Of a stretch of 64,000 nt of DNA, positions 20,901 to 29,838 are shown piece after piece. The DNA is taken from positions 352,001-416,000 of the forward strand of contig CAXXMR010000012.1 in the NCBI GenBank assembly GCA_963663805.2. Reading direction: 5' to 3'. This DNA is from Sedimentisphaerales bacterium (GTDB taxonomy: Bacteria; Planctomycetota; Phycisphaerae; Sedimentisphaerales; SM23-30). Each line of letters opens with the position of its first letter. Positions within the stretch are counted from its first letter, which is position 1. Made by a program: the position numbers and the translations under genes. Below the pieces are notes generated by a model. The model saw nothing but the letters and a program-made list of their open reading frames with translations. It had not been told where the DNA came from and searched no databases.

Positions 20901-22122
20901 CCTGCGTTTGCAGAAAGTGGCAATATTATTGAATGATGGCGCCAGGCCGGCACGCGAACAGGCTCGCTCATTATTACAGCAGATTACCGAGGACAGTGCC
21001 AGAGATGTGCGGGCGTGGATACAGTTGGCGAGGTTGTATTATGAACAGGAAAACTATTCGCAGGCGGTCAACTGGGCGTTTCAGGGGCTTGTACATGTTC
21101 CTGACAACAAGGATCTACTTTTGCTGAAAGCACGGGCGGAATCTGTGACTTCACCAAGTATGGCGGTTGCTACAGTTCATACGCTGCTGGATAAGCATAG
21201 CAAAGATTTGGAAGTGATACTGGCGGCAAATGAATTGCTGATAGCGGCCGGTAAGGCAGATGAGGCCGTCAAGACGTTGCGGGATTTTCAGGCTTCAAGA
21301 ACCGACCTGACTGAGCCCGGCAAAAACAGAGTGACATTGGCTGCGGCTTTGGCGGATTACCGGGCGGGTAACAAGGAAGCTGCGTTGCAGATACTGAAAA
21401 AATTCCAGCAGGAATCGCCTCAAGACCCAAGGCCGGTGCTGGCTCAGATAAATCTTATGAAAGACGATAAGCGGCTGGCTGAGATACGCGAACTGATAAA
21501 AAAATGGCAAGAGCGGAATCCCAAGGATTTCGCTACGCCTATGCTTGCGGTGGAAGAACTAATCAACAGCGGTGATATTAAGGCCGTGGAGGTTTGTGAG
21601 GAAATTCTGGATTCGCTCCATAAGGTCGCTCCTGATAATACCATGGTGATGTTTTATCAGGCCATGCTCATGCAGAAACTGGGTGAGGATAAGCAGGCTG
21701 CTGATAAGTATGAGAAGCTGCTGCAAGCCAATCCCAATGACGCTATCGCAATCAATAATCTGTCGTGGATTTTATGTGAAAATCAGCATGAGTATGACCG
21801 GGCTTTGACGCTGGCCCAGCGAGGTTTGGAAATCGCTCCGGATTATTTAGACCTGGTGGATACCTGCGGGATGATTTATTATCGCATGGGTAAACTTGAC
21901 CAGGCGATCGAAAAGTTCCAGAGGTGCGTCGATCTTTATCCTGAAAACAGCCCCTCTCTGGTTGGCTCATATTATCATCTAGGGCGAACTCAGGCAGATA
22001 AAGGACTGAACGCTGCGGCGACAAATCTTAAACAGGCATTGACTCTAAATCAGCAAAGCAATGGGTTGTCGGCAGCTGAGGTTTCGGAAATTCAGGAATT
22101 GTTATCTAAACTTTCGCAGTAG
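17941..22122 (+). CDS. Large TPR protein with an N-terminal membrane anchor (positional analogue of PrsT in PEP-CTERM systems)
   Basis: 1393 aa helical repeats; C-terminal NPNDAIAINNLSW and DTCGMIYYRMG TPR pattern. Confidence 0.85.
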   Translation: MAKKRINWAIILVVLIGILVLGLTAYGVRKWQRSRWADEGLTLGTRAFEEKNWSEAAAQFGRYLAREQEDIDILMKYAEAQLKIRPPKQNNIQQATQAYRNILRLDKGNVEAVKQLCQLYLMLKAPGEAELIVREALGSNPDIENQRQLVAALVAQRKYEEVTAELSKIMAGDDKPVWAYELTAQLADAHKEFFPEDETAEYWMSKMFEQHPNSADAYLARAMYYVKYRENEKARADLDKARNLVPDTQESKMRLAESYFILNDMPAGVEVLEEIKAANADSHALWRDLLMAARKTGSDEKVYQTIEDALASLSSSNRWDFLPTAIDNLIQLKKVERASECLEDIRKAEVLPGRVALWDGLIAQSKGDNYRAIASLQRALELGERSPQLRLMLAECLDKSGDRLSAQRCLELLIADQPNSAEAHYQLGRMLLRNHLFSQALNHGVRAEEIASSSRNTLLILQSRMLELISQKTDRNSQAWQALEADVDKAVKSMKDSASLKRLQLQMALQQEKYDQAESVLAELKTLHDDEAAVAGDEVVVLVAKKEFGRAEIKLQEMIKDNPDSVSQVMSLVNLYAMDDDKAECEKLLSDTIERLEGSSVQRDVGLTLAGLYRTWQQPEKSYELLTSLSEAMPNDIPLKRELLNAEEVQADKQQAQKIIDEIKSIEGEDGWQWRYEQARLWMGGSDKDFNENYQLLSTLLKENMTANPSDQGSRLLLASAYERAGELQMSASTCREALTYAPNDLAIMVMTIRALSRAGNVDEADMIMDRAARLNPNHPDVSRLMLQRHYRKGEFSDAEKILEAFLKDNPSDIANRLALARVKSQESKYEDAKVILDALRNEKPDSLEIAVASIELNVNLGDKERALQQCDELLNKDNSIGAAMACANVYNYLGQGDKALAAWDRAGKAAPENPLIMLRKHDYYRDHNQMENAVAAIENALNLAPDNLDIIKRAVITFLQSGKADQVEKGKALLEQALANSPKDVDLRLQKVAILLNDGARPAREQARSLLQQITEDSARDVRAWIQLARLYYEQENYSQAVNWAFQGLVHVPDNKDLLLLKARAESVTSPSMAVATVHTLLDKHSKDLEVILAANELLIAAGKADEAVKTLRDFQASRTDLTEPGKNRVTLAAALADYRAGNKEAALQILKKFQQESPQDPRPVLAQINLMKDDKRLAEIRELIKKWQERNPKDFATPMLAVEELINSGDIKAVEVCEEILDSLHKVAPDNTMVMFYQAMLMQKLGEDKQAADKYEKLLQANPNDAIAINNLSWILCENQHEYDRALTLAQRGLEIAPDYLDLVDTCGMIYYRMGKLDQAIEKFQRCVDLYPENSPSLVGSYYHLGRTQADKGLNAAATNLKQALTLNQQSNGLSAAEVSEIQELLSKLSQ

Positions 22123-22330
22123 GCAGGGGGAACCATGTTTTCACCGAGCAGGCCGGAGGTCCGATAATTCGTGAGTGGATGTCGATATTTGTATCTGTTG
22201 CTGATTGTTAGTATGGAGAAATAAAAAGTCTGTTAGAAAATGGTATTTCGGCAAAGTTCTGTCCTTCAATAAGACGAAATAGATAATGTGAGTTTATGAG
22301 TTAGCATGCGGACATTGCAGGGAGCTTTCC

Positions 22331-22990
22331 ATGTTCGAGAGAGACAGGCTTAATTTGAGAAGTATTGTTGGATTTATAATGATAATGGTCCCGACGATGC
22401 TGACAGGTGTTTGGGGTTTGAATTTGATAAGTGTTTCGTTGGCTGCTTTGTCGGCGGGTCTGGTATGCTTTGGTGTTCTTGCCCCGAACATTCGCCGTCG
22501 GTTTAGTTTGCGTGACCGGCAGATGTTCGCCCAGGCGGGTGGTTGGGGTTCGCAGGGATTTGTGCGGGGAATGAATCCTCAAAATCTCCAGAGTGAACTG
22601 GGAAAAATTTTACCTGTCGATAATTATCAGGCCGCATTTCCACCAAGTCGGGAAACCAAAGCTGTGGTGAAAATTCTGGATAAAGTTTCGATGCAGACGA
22701 ATCTGTTTGTTATGAATCAGGCGGTTGAAGCCTCACAAAACGATATCGGGTTTAAGGGTTTGAATGAAAAGCAGATGGCCCGGCAAAGTGAGCAAATTAA
22801 CAACGCGGTTTTTCAACTTGTGAAGTTGATTAATGGTGAGCAGCCTGTCGAAAGTTCAGGGCTTTCCGCCACCGACGAGCTGTTCCACACTATCGCGGAT
22901 GGCAAACAAACCAAGGGGCAGGAACGCTATGCCGCGGACGATGAGCAAGAGGTCGAGGACGAAATTGTCTATCATCACGATGCGGAATAG
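22331..22990 (+). CDS. Two-TM protein with a degenerate MCP signalling-tip fragment
   Basis: KILDKVSMQTNLFVMNQAVEAS resembles the MCP consensus IIDEIAFQTNLLALNAAVEAAR; RBS ggag before the ATG. Confidence 0.6.
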   Translation: MFERDRLNLRSIVGFIMIMVPTMLTGVWGLNLISVSLAALSAGLVCFGVLAPNIRRRFSLRDRQMFAQAGGWGSQGFVRGMNPQNLQSELGKILPVDNYQAAFPPSRETKAVVKILDKVSMQTNLFVMNQAVEASQNDIGFKGLNEKQMARQSEQINNAVFQLVKLINGEQPVESSGLSATDELFHTIADGKQTKGQERYAADDEQEVEDEIVYHHDAE

Positions 22991-23535
22991 AGGGGCAGAT
23001 TTTCCGGGGGCATTTCGCTGAGCCGGGGGTTTTGGCGGTCTTTATCGGAGAGTAAGGGGGCAGATATGCTCCAGTCAATGGCCAGGGCTTCGTCTTCCCA
23101 AAGTAGACCGTAATCATCGCCGGGGGTATACACATCTGTACATTTATAAATCACATCGGCGGTTTCGCTGAGGACGCAGAATCCATGCGCGAAGCCTTCG
23201 GGAACGTAGAGCTGTTTATGATTTTCCTCGGAAAGCAACACGCTTACCCAGCGGCCAAAAGTGGCAGAGCCGCGACGTATGTCAACAGCAACATCAAGGA
23301 TTTCGCCGCGAACAGCGTAGACCAGTTTGCCCTGAGGATGTTTTAGCTGATAATGCAGGCCGCGCAAGGTTCCCCGGCAGGAGCGAGAATGATTGTCCTG
23401 TACAAAGTTGAGGTTAAGGCCGGCTTGGTCGAAACGGTTCTGGTTAAACGTTTCCAGGAAAAAGCCTCGATTGTCAGAAAAGAGCCGGGGTTCGATCAGG
23501 ATAACGCCCGGCAGACTTGTTGTGCTGATGTTCAT
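22975..23535 (-). CDS. rfbC: dTDP-4-dehydrorhamnose 3,5-epimerase
   Basis: DNRGFFLE, QDNHSRS, LRGLHYQ, QGKLV, GFAHGF, LSDKD; RBS gagg before MNIST. Confidence 0.96.
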   Translation of the reverse strand: MNISTTSLPGVILIEPRLFSDNRGFFLETFNQNRFDQAGLNLNFVQDNHSRSCRGTLRGLHYQLKHPQGKLVYAVRGEILDVAVDIRRGSATFGRWVSVLLSEENHKQLYVPEGFAHGFCVLSETADVIYKCTDVYTPGDDYGLLWEDEALAIDWSISAPLLSDKDRQNPRLSEMPPENLPLYSAS

Positions 23536-23677
23536 ATTGTCCTCGTGCGTGCTGTGGTTCCGATAACTAACAATAACCATATTATGGCACATTTGCTGAC
23601 TCTGGGCCATTATATCTAATATTATAGCAAATGCCCACTCGGAGAAAAATCAGTTTTTTGTTCCTGATACGATTTTC

Positions 23678-23706
23678 TTGACCCTGATGAAAACAGGAGT
23701 TATATT
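23678..23706 (+). promoter_or_regulatory. sigma70-type promoter upstream of the Wza-like gene
   Basis: TTGACC-17 nt-TATATT. Confidence 0.6.
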
Positions 23707-23848
23707 AAATAATCGAAATCAGCGTTCGTGTCTGATTATCGGAACCTGGCTTGATTCTATGCCAAAGAACCTGGGCCAGTGTGCCGATAAATAGTCTGTG
23801 GATTTTGATAAAATCCCTTTGAGCGATAATCTTACACAGGAGATAGCT

Positions 23849-24595
23849 ATGAGGTCTTTGCATAAGTTTCGTTTTCAGGTTTGTGTGACTTTGCTGGCTG
23901 CGGGTCTAGTTTTTGTAAGTGGCTGCCAGAGCATTCCCGATGACATCGCCTCTTTTACGACCCCTTATCAGGTGCCTGCCAATAGCGAAACTTACATTCT
24001 CCACCCGCCGGACGGAGTGGAAATTTTCTGCGCGAAGATTCCCGAAATCAATCTTCAGATCCAGAGTATCAGACCCGATGGCAAGATAACTCTGGAAGGC
24101 CTGGGCGAACTGGAAGTAGCGGGCAAGACACCGGCCCAGGTTTCCCAGCTTATCCGCGAGAAGGCTTCCAAGCTATATGCCCTGCAGGGAGATTATCCTA
24201 TCGATGTACGTGTCAATCCGATGCTGAGTAAAGTTTATTATGTGCTGGGTGAGGTACGTCAACCCGGCCCACGCCCTTATACCGGTTATGACACGGTACT
24301 AAAAGCTGTATCCGAGGCGCGTCCGGAAGTTACCGGTTGGCTGGAACATATTCGAGTAATTCGCCCTTCGGGCCAGGAAGGCATAGAGCCAAAACTGTTC
24401 GAAATGGATTTGAAGTATATTCTCAATACCGGGGACTCAACTCGTAACGTGCTGCTTGAAGAAGGTGATATTGTTTATGTTCCGCCAACACCGCTGGCTG
24501 CGGTTGCGATGGTGGTTGAGGAATTGGCTCGTCCCATTGGTCGGGCCATGGCGCCGGTCTCATCTTATTACTATATCAGTAACATAAGCCAGTAA
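23849..24595 (+). CDS. Polysaccharide export lipoprotein (Wza/Poly_export + SLBB)
   Basis: Lipobox VSGC; IRPDGKITL, VAGKTP, YVLGEVRQPG, LEEGDIVYVP; RBS aggag. Confidence 0.9.
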   Translation: MRSLHKFRFQVCVTLLAAGLVFVSGCQSIPDDIASFTTPYQVPANSETYILHPPDGVEIFCAKIPEINLQIQSIRPDGKITLEGLGELEVAGKTPAQVSQLIREKASKLYALQGDYPIDVRVNPMLSKVYYVLGEVRQPGPRPYTGYDTVLKAVSEARPEVTGWLEHIRVIRPSGQEGIEPKLFEMDLKYILNTGDSTRNVLLEEGDIVYVPPTPLAAVAMVVEELARPIGRAMAPVSSYYYISNISQ

Positions 24596-24613
24596 AAGCC
24601 TGAAGGAATAGAA

Positions 24614-25432
24614 TTGTTGACCCATAAACCGTTAAAATATATCCAGCTGTTCAGCACCTTATGGATAGTGTGTTGTGTTGCGCTGGGGACGGGCTTTGCC
24701 ATGCGGCAGGCGGGCATGGGCTGGTGGGCGATTTTTTCCACATCAAGCTACACAATTTTACTTAGCATTATTGTTCTGGTAATTTATGCCTTCGCAATTT
24801 ACCGGGGAGCTGCTCGCGGACAGGAACCGGTCCAGGAACACCCCCTAACCAGTACTCTGGCTTATATGCTGCTTTATTCCGCTAGTCCGCTGCTGGGTGC
24901 TTTGGCGGGGCTTTGGGCAGCTTTGGGTTTGAAGGAGCCTTTGAGGTTTGGCATTACGGTTATTGTGGGAACGCTGGGGATGACGTTTTTTGTCTGGGTG
25001 ATTGTTGACCCGGCATTGGGATTTGTCGAACTGCTTATGCCAGGCTGTCGGAAGCATCGCCGCGAAAGACTGGAACGTAAGCGGCAGGTTCGCAGGCAGG
25101 TTGAACAGAAACAACGTGAATTGCTGAATTTGCTGGAAGCTCAGGAACTGGAAGAAAGAAAAGAACATCAGGAACTTTTGGCTGATGACGCAGCCAAATT
25201 AGCCAAACTTGTTCAGGAAAAGAATCTTAATCCTGAAACTCAAGTTGAGCAGCAGGCGATAGACATTGGAGTAAAGGCCTGGCAGATGGGCGGACATATT
25301 TGTATGACCGAACTGCATAAAAAAGCCTTGGAATATTGCCGGCATGACGATGGCAATCACGTTGATTACATCTCAATCTGGTGGGATGGTATCGGTCAAT
25401 GGCGGAGTACCTGCCTTACGGTGGGTCACTGA
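24614..25432 (+). CDS. Hypothetical membrane protein (about 4 TM + coiled coil + WWDGIGQW tail)
   Basis: 272-aa ORF 18 nt after the wza-like gene with RBS aagga; hydrophobic N-terminal half. Confidence 0.7.
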   Translation: MLTHKPLKYIQLFSTLWIVCCVALGTGFAMRQAGMGWWAIFSTSSYTILLSIIVLVIYAFAIYRGAARGQEPVQEHPLTSTLAYMLLYSASPLLGALAGLWAALGLKEPLRFGITVIVGTLGMTFFVWVIVDPALGFVELLMPGCRKHRRERLERKRQVRRQVEQKQRELLNLLEAQELEERKEHQELLADDAAKLAKLVQEKNLNPETQVEQQAIDIGVKAWQMGGHICMTELHKKALEYCRHDDGNHVDYISIWWDGIGQWRSTCLTVGH

Positions 25433-28038
25433 TTAACACCGGCGAGCCAATCCTGAGCCAGAACCGGGAATTCATTAAGGTCCACCCTGCTGCTGTGGTT
25501 CAGGTCAGCACCAGAGCACCAGCCGTTGGTTATACTGCAATCACTTTGCAGCCAATTTTGGGCGATATAAACCAGGTCTTCTAAATCAACCTGGCAATCA
25601 TAAGCCAAATCACCAGGGTAGTTCTGCATACACAATCCGTCAAGGCTAACATCATCAATCCCCCAGAACCAGTCAGACAGAGCATTGTAATAATGCCAAC
25701 GGAATTGCACCTGACTTTGCCCTGAAGCTGCGGACAGAGCAACCGTCTGGATGCCCCAGGATTTATATTCATACCGTGCGACATTCTGCCACGCGCCCCC
25801 ATTGACCCTCATATCAACATCCGCCACGGCGCTGTATGTCGTAAAATAGTGACTGAACTGAAGGTTTATCTCGGTAAAATTGCTACAGTTAAAAACCGGG
25901 CTGAGAAGCTGCTCATCCAGAACTACTGCTCCAAACCACCAACTATCGGCAATCATAAAAGGTCCGGCCAGGTTTGGACTGGAACGTTGGCCGGGATTGT
26001 CATCTCGCCAGGTCATCCCGTCGCTATAACCATCGATGATCGTCCAGCCGTCCGGCAGTCCCGTGCCGAAATCCGTCTGGTAAATATTGACAGCTAAATC
26101 CTGGATGCCCAAAACCACGTTTCGTGATTGACTGACGTTACTGCTTGAGTTGGTGAAAATAATTAGAGCAGTATAATAACCTTCCTCTAAAATTTCGGCT
26201 TCGGTAGTAAAGGCTGCTTCGATAATAATTTCCTGGTTTGGCAGCAGAGTACCGGTTATCAAATCGGTAGTGGGGCCGCTGCCGTCATCAAGGCTAAGCC
26301 AGTCGGCGACGGTTGAGATTTCATAATCAAACCCACCCAGTCCACGATTGCTGACAGTATAAGAATGGTTCGCTGGCAAAAACGGACCCGCCTGCTGACC
26401 TGCCGCTACGAAATCTGATTCCGGAGTTAATTCCAGAGCATCTAAAGCGTAGTCGAATGTAAGTTCCATTCCCGGCGAACTTATATTCTGGATTCCCAGA
26501 CCCGAACGCAGACCATCCCACCAGTTGGTATTCGGCAAGGCATGATAAGGCCCACAGACCACAAAATCTGGTGCTGCCCACAAATCTGTACCGTCACCGT
26601 AATTGACATTGTTTTCCAAATCCCATTGACCGTCAGCTTGAAGCAAAGTGACTTCGTAATGTTCCGTTGGGGTCATGGCCTGTTGGTTATTCCAGCCTTG
26701 GCGATCGACAAGCCAGATGGCAAGGCCAGAGTCGGGAAGGTTGCTATCACGCCCGGACCGATTACGATTTTCGATAAGGAAATACTGGTCGGTCAAACTG
26801 GGGTGTTCATATTTGTAAATTGTGTTGATGCCGGCAGGGACGACTAAACCATCCTGGTAATCGGTAAGAATCTGAGTGTCGCACCAGCCCGATAAATATT
26901 TAAGAAAGGCACAAGGCTCTACCGGATTGCCGCTGCCGCCCCCGTAACTCATCAGACAATAACTGCCGATGCCGAAAGATTCAAAATCGGTGTCATAAAG
27001 GTCAGGCCAGTTGCACACCATGTGGCCGGTCTCGTGACAGTAGACACCTATTTGTAAACTGCTGCCGATATAGGCAAGCGCATAGCGGGAAGTGGATACT
27101 CCGTCGGCGGTAAATGTCACAAAGCCGCTGTGTGGCCATAAACCGCGTGACCAGCCGCTCGTGGTCCCCCCGGCGTAAAGACAGCTCAAGGCATCTATTA
27201 CGTTATCGTCGTCGCTATCGAAAATGCTGAAATCAAACCCTTCAGCTTCCATGTGGTTCAATGCTTCCAAAATCAAGAGACGTCCCATCGTGCCAGCCGA
27301 CTGAGTGTCATCGTCATAATAACTTTTTTCATACTGAGCGGTGTAGTAGGACGGAGTAGCATAGCTGTTGAAGGTTAGCAGACCGTCGGAAACATCATAA
27401 AAGTAATCGCGGACCGAACCGTTATTGCCAAACCCGGTGTAACCCTGTTGATTGAGAAAATTATCGATTTCTGAAGAGGATATGGTGTTGGGCTCATCAG
27501 GAAAATCCACTATCAGGCACAGCCCCATAACTGTGCCCTGAGTGCTGGTCCGCTGAGGCAGAACCTGAATTGTTTGACACTGCTCACCGTTGTCATAACC
27601 CGGTTTGTAACTTTGCCGATGGACGGTGACGACTTGACTGATAGTCTCCTGGCTGGGGCGAATATGGAGCGGCAAATCAAGTTCAGAGGGAATACTGTCC
27701 TGGACGGCTATACCCGTTGAAAGCAGATCGCTATTAACGGCATTCAGGGTTGCGTAACAAATAGTTTTTGTATCCGGGTCGCGTATCAAAGTATAACCGT
27801 CAAGCGATTCAATAATTTGATAATACTCATCCCCCCAGATACGGACAGCAACTAAAGAACCATCCGGTTGACGTAAATCGAACAACTCTCCCCTTGCCGG
27901 TACCGCGTGTACCTGAGTACCAGCAACGCAAAAAATAAACCAGACATATGGTATTAATGGTAAAAAGCACCGCCGAGCAGTCGCTTGCGAGGTCATCTGA
28001 GGCTTGGGAGGAAAGTATTGTCTAAGTGGGAAAAGCAT
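25426..28038 (-). CDS. M6-family (immune inhibitor A-like) metalloprotease with a C-terminal dockerin/EF-hand-like duplication
   Basis: QPDG...WGDEY prodomain, GSVRDYF, WPHS, HETGH...PDLYD, CLMSYG; tail GDLAYDCQVDLEDL / ADLNHSSRVDLNEF. Confidence 0.9.
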   Translation of the reverse strand: MLFPLRQYFPPKPQMTSQATARRCFLPLIPYVWFIFCVAGTQVHAVPARGELFDLRQPDGSLVAVRIWGDEYYQIIESLDGYTLIRDPDTKTICYATLNAVNSDLLSTGIAVQDSIPSELDLPLHIRPSQETISQVVTVHRQSYKPGYDNGEQCQTIQVLPQRTSTQGTVMGLCLIVDFPDEPNTISSSEIDNFLNQQGYTGFGNNGSVRDYFYDVSDGLLTFNSYATPSYYTAQYEKSYYDDDTQSAGTMGRLLILEALNHMEAEGFDFSIFDSDDDNVIDALSCLYAGGTTSGWSRGLWPHSGFVTFTADGVSTSRYALAYIGSSLQIGVYCHETGHMVCNWPDLYDTDFESFGIGSYCLMSYGGGSGNPVEPCAFLKYLSGWCDTQILTDYQDGLVVPAGINTIYKYEHPSLTDQYFLIENRNRSGRDSNLPDSGLAIWLVDRQGWNNQQAMTPTEHYEVTLLQADGQWDLENNVNYGDGTDLWAAPDFVVCGPYHALPNTNWWDGLRSGLGIQNISSPGMELTFDYALDALELTPESDFVAAGQQAGPFLPANHSYTVSNRGLGGFDYEISTVADWLSLDDGSGPTTDLITGTLLPNQEIIIEAAFTTEAEILEEGYYTALIIFTNSSSNVSQSRNVVLGIQDLAVNIYQTDFGTGLPDGWTIIDGYSDGMTWRDDNPGQRSSPNLAGPFMIADSWWFGAVVLDEQLLSPVFNCSNFTEINLQFSHYFTTYSAVADVDMRVNGGAWQNVARYEYKSWGIQTVALSAASGQSQVQFRWHYYNALSDWFWGIDDVSLDGLCMQNYPGDLAYDCQVDLEDLVYIAQNWLQSDCSITNGWCSGADLNHSSRVDLNEFPVLAQDWLAGVNQ

Positions 28039-28096
28039 CTTACAAAAATTGTGACAGCATCGTCTCTCTCTACTATTTTATAAAAAGAATATGTAC

Positions 28097-28147
28097 AAAA
28101 AAACCGGCAGTTGACAGTTTCCTCCTTATTTGTCTGCCAACCACCGG
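28097..28147 (-). terminator. Intrinsic terminator closing the sorted-protein array
   Basis: Minus strand ccggtggttggcag / ctgtcaactgccgg 14-bp stem with G-U pairs, followed by T7. Confidence 0.75.
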
Positions 28148-28161
28148 CCATTAGTAATCAT

Positions 28162-28851
28162 TTATAAACTGCGGCGTCTTCGCAGCCAACCAACAAGGCC
28201 CATACCCATGCTGCCCAGCAATATAGCTCCAGGGGTGGGTACTACCTCTGAAATTTGAATCGCGGTCGTACCGAACTGACCGGACATTATGGCTACACCG
28301 CCCACAACACTCGCGGAATAGCTAAAGCCAGGAGGGAAAGTCAAGGGGCCGTTTGTTGCGGTCAAGCTTACGATATAGCCTGGTTCGCCATCAATAGTGC
28401 CGGTACCCTCAAGCAGCCAGGAAATATTTCCATAAGTTGTCGTGCCCGGCGTTGGATTCCAGTCGGAGGCCCCGGTGCTGTAAACAATAAGAGAATCCAG
28501 GGTAACATTGTAGAGCGATTCAGAACCCCAGGTTATTCCCAGATTATTCATAAGCTGCAAATTGCCGTTTTCATAAGTGGTTTTGTAACTATATGTGGGG
28601 TCTCCCACAAGTAATTCAACCTGAGACAATTCAGCTCCGCTCAACGAAAACGCGGCCGATCCCATGTTGCTGGTATAAAGATGATTACCAGCCTGGCCCG
28701 GTGCGCCTCCGTCCATACTTTCATTCCATTTCTGGAAGATTCCCTGAACATTTTCTTTTAGATCCAAACTCGGAGCTGCACCAGCTACCCGGCAAAAGCC
28801 CAAAGCAAAAACTGACACAACACAAATTTTTACCGTCAACTTCTTCAACAT
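28162..28851 (-). CDS. Secreted protein with PEP-CTERM-like tail (VPTPG)
   Basis: Signal peptide MLKKL...; C-terminus VPTPGAILLGSMGMGLVGWLRRRRSL. Confidence 0.88.
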   Translation of the reverse strand: MLKKLTVKICVVSVFALGFCRVAGAAPSLDLKENVQGIFQKWNESMDGGAPGQAGNHLYTSNMGSAAFSLSGAELSQVELLVGDPTYSYKTTYENGNLQLMNNLGITWGSESLYNVTLDSLIVYSTGASDWNPTPGTTTYGNISWLLEGTGTIDGEPGYIVSLTATNGPLTFPPGFSYSASVVGGVAIMSGQFGTTAIQISEVVPTPGAILLGSMGMGLVGWLRRRRSL

Positions 28852-28957
28852 AAAAGCCTTCTCCATAATGCTTCTACCCAGCCTGATAGTTCCGTCAGAC
28901 CTTTTTACTAAACCCCGACCGTTCAGGGACAAATTCTTCCAAATAAATTAATTCCGC

Positions 28958-29761
28958 TCAAATCTGCCTACGTTTTCTCAGCCAGCCCACCAAACCCATT
29001 CCTAAACTGCCCAGCAAAAGAGCCGCTGGGGCGGGTACAACACCGGCAACGTATTCCTGGCTGTCAGAGGTCACAACCAGCACGTTATAAATGTCTCTGA
29101 TACCAAGATAGTTTTCTGCACTGTCACCCCACATGATGGCTAGGCCATCTGTCAGCGGTGCGCGGGGATCACCAAAGTTAGCAGCCAGTTCTCCGGTAGA
29201 AATTGGTCGGGTGTCTCCGATTCCTAGCAGAGACCAGGTTGAAATGTCTGACCAGACCAGATTTGTTCCATGTGACCAGGAACTACCGTCTGGACTAGGT
29301 TCATAAAAACGAAAGCCATAGGCCTGGTTGCCTGAATCCCCAGCAAAATAATAACGCATCCGCTTCTCTGTGTATGTGTCGTCAATATTTTCCTCTAGAG
29401 TATAACCGCCCTGTGATGAAATGACACCGTAGTTGCCTAGCCCGTCGGTGATAACGGCGTTCATATATGGGTTGTTCCCGCCGTTGGGGCGTTTGTACGT
29501 AAACTCTACGTAACTGATTGTACTGAGAGATTGGCCGTTAAAAGAGTCTGTGCCATAATAGACTTTCTGGCCCGCACTAGAAACATTAGTAGTTACCCCA
29601 TTACCATTAGCATATTCGGTAATAGTGCCATAACCGCTTACGCCATCGTTCGCCGGACGCAAAGCCACCGCGTCAAAATCGATAGTAGTAGACGCTTCTG
29701 CCAAACCACCGAGAGCAACTAGCATTACTGCCACTGCACTTCTCACAATCAATTTTCTCAT
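28958..29761 (-). CDS. Secreted protein with PEP-CTERM-like tail (VPAPA)
   Basis: Signal peptide MRKLIV...AEA; VPAPAALLLGSLGMGLVGWLRKRRQI; RBS aaagga. Confidence 0.88.
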   Translation of the reverse strand: MRKLIVRSAVAVMLVALGGLAEASTTIDFDAVALRPANDGVSGYGTITEYANGNGVTTNVSSAGQKVYYGTDSFNGQSLSTISYVEFTYKRPNGGNNPYMNAVITDGLGNYGVISSQGGYTLEENIDDTYTEKRMRYYFAGDSGNQAYGFRFYEPSPDGSSWSHGTNLVWSDISTWSLLGIGDTRPISTGELAANFGDPRAPLTDGLAIMWGDSAENYLGIRDIYNVLVVTSDSQEYVAGVVPAPAALLLGSLGMGLVGWLRKRRQI

Positions 29762-29838
29762 AATACACTTCCTTTCTTGCAAATTCTAAAATTAATTACT
29801 GAACTACTTAATTCTTATACTCTAATTCGCAAAACAAA

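Noticed and set aside
23746..23790. sigma54-like (TGGC...TGC) and sigma28-like (GCCGATAA) motifs upstream of wza
   Set aside because: Spacing is one base off in both cases and a good sigma70 promoter is present.
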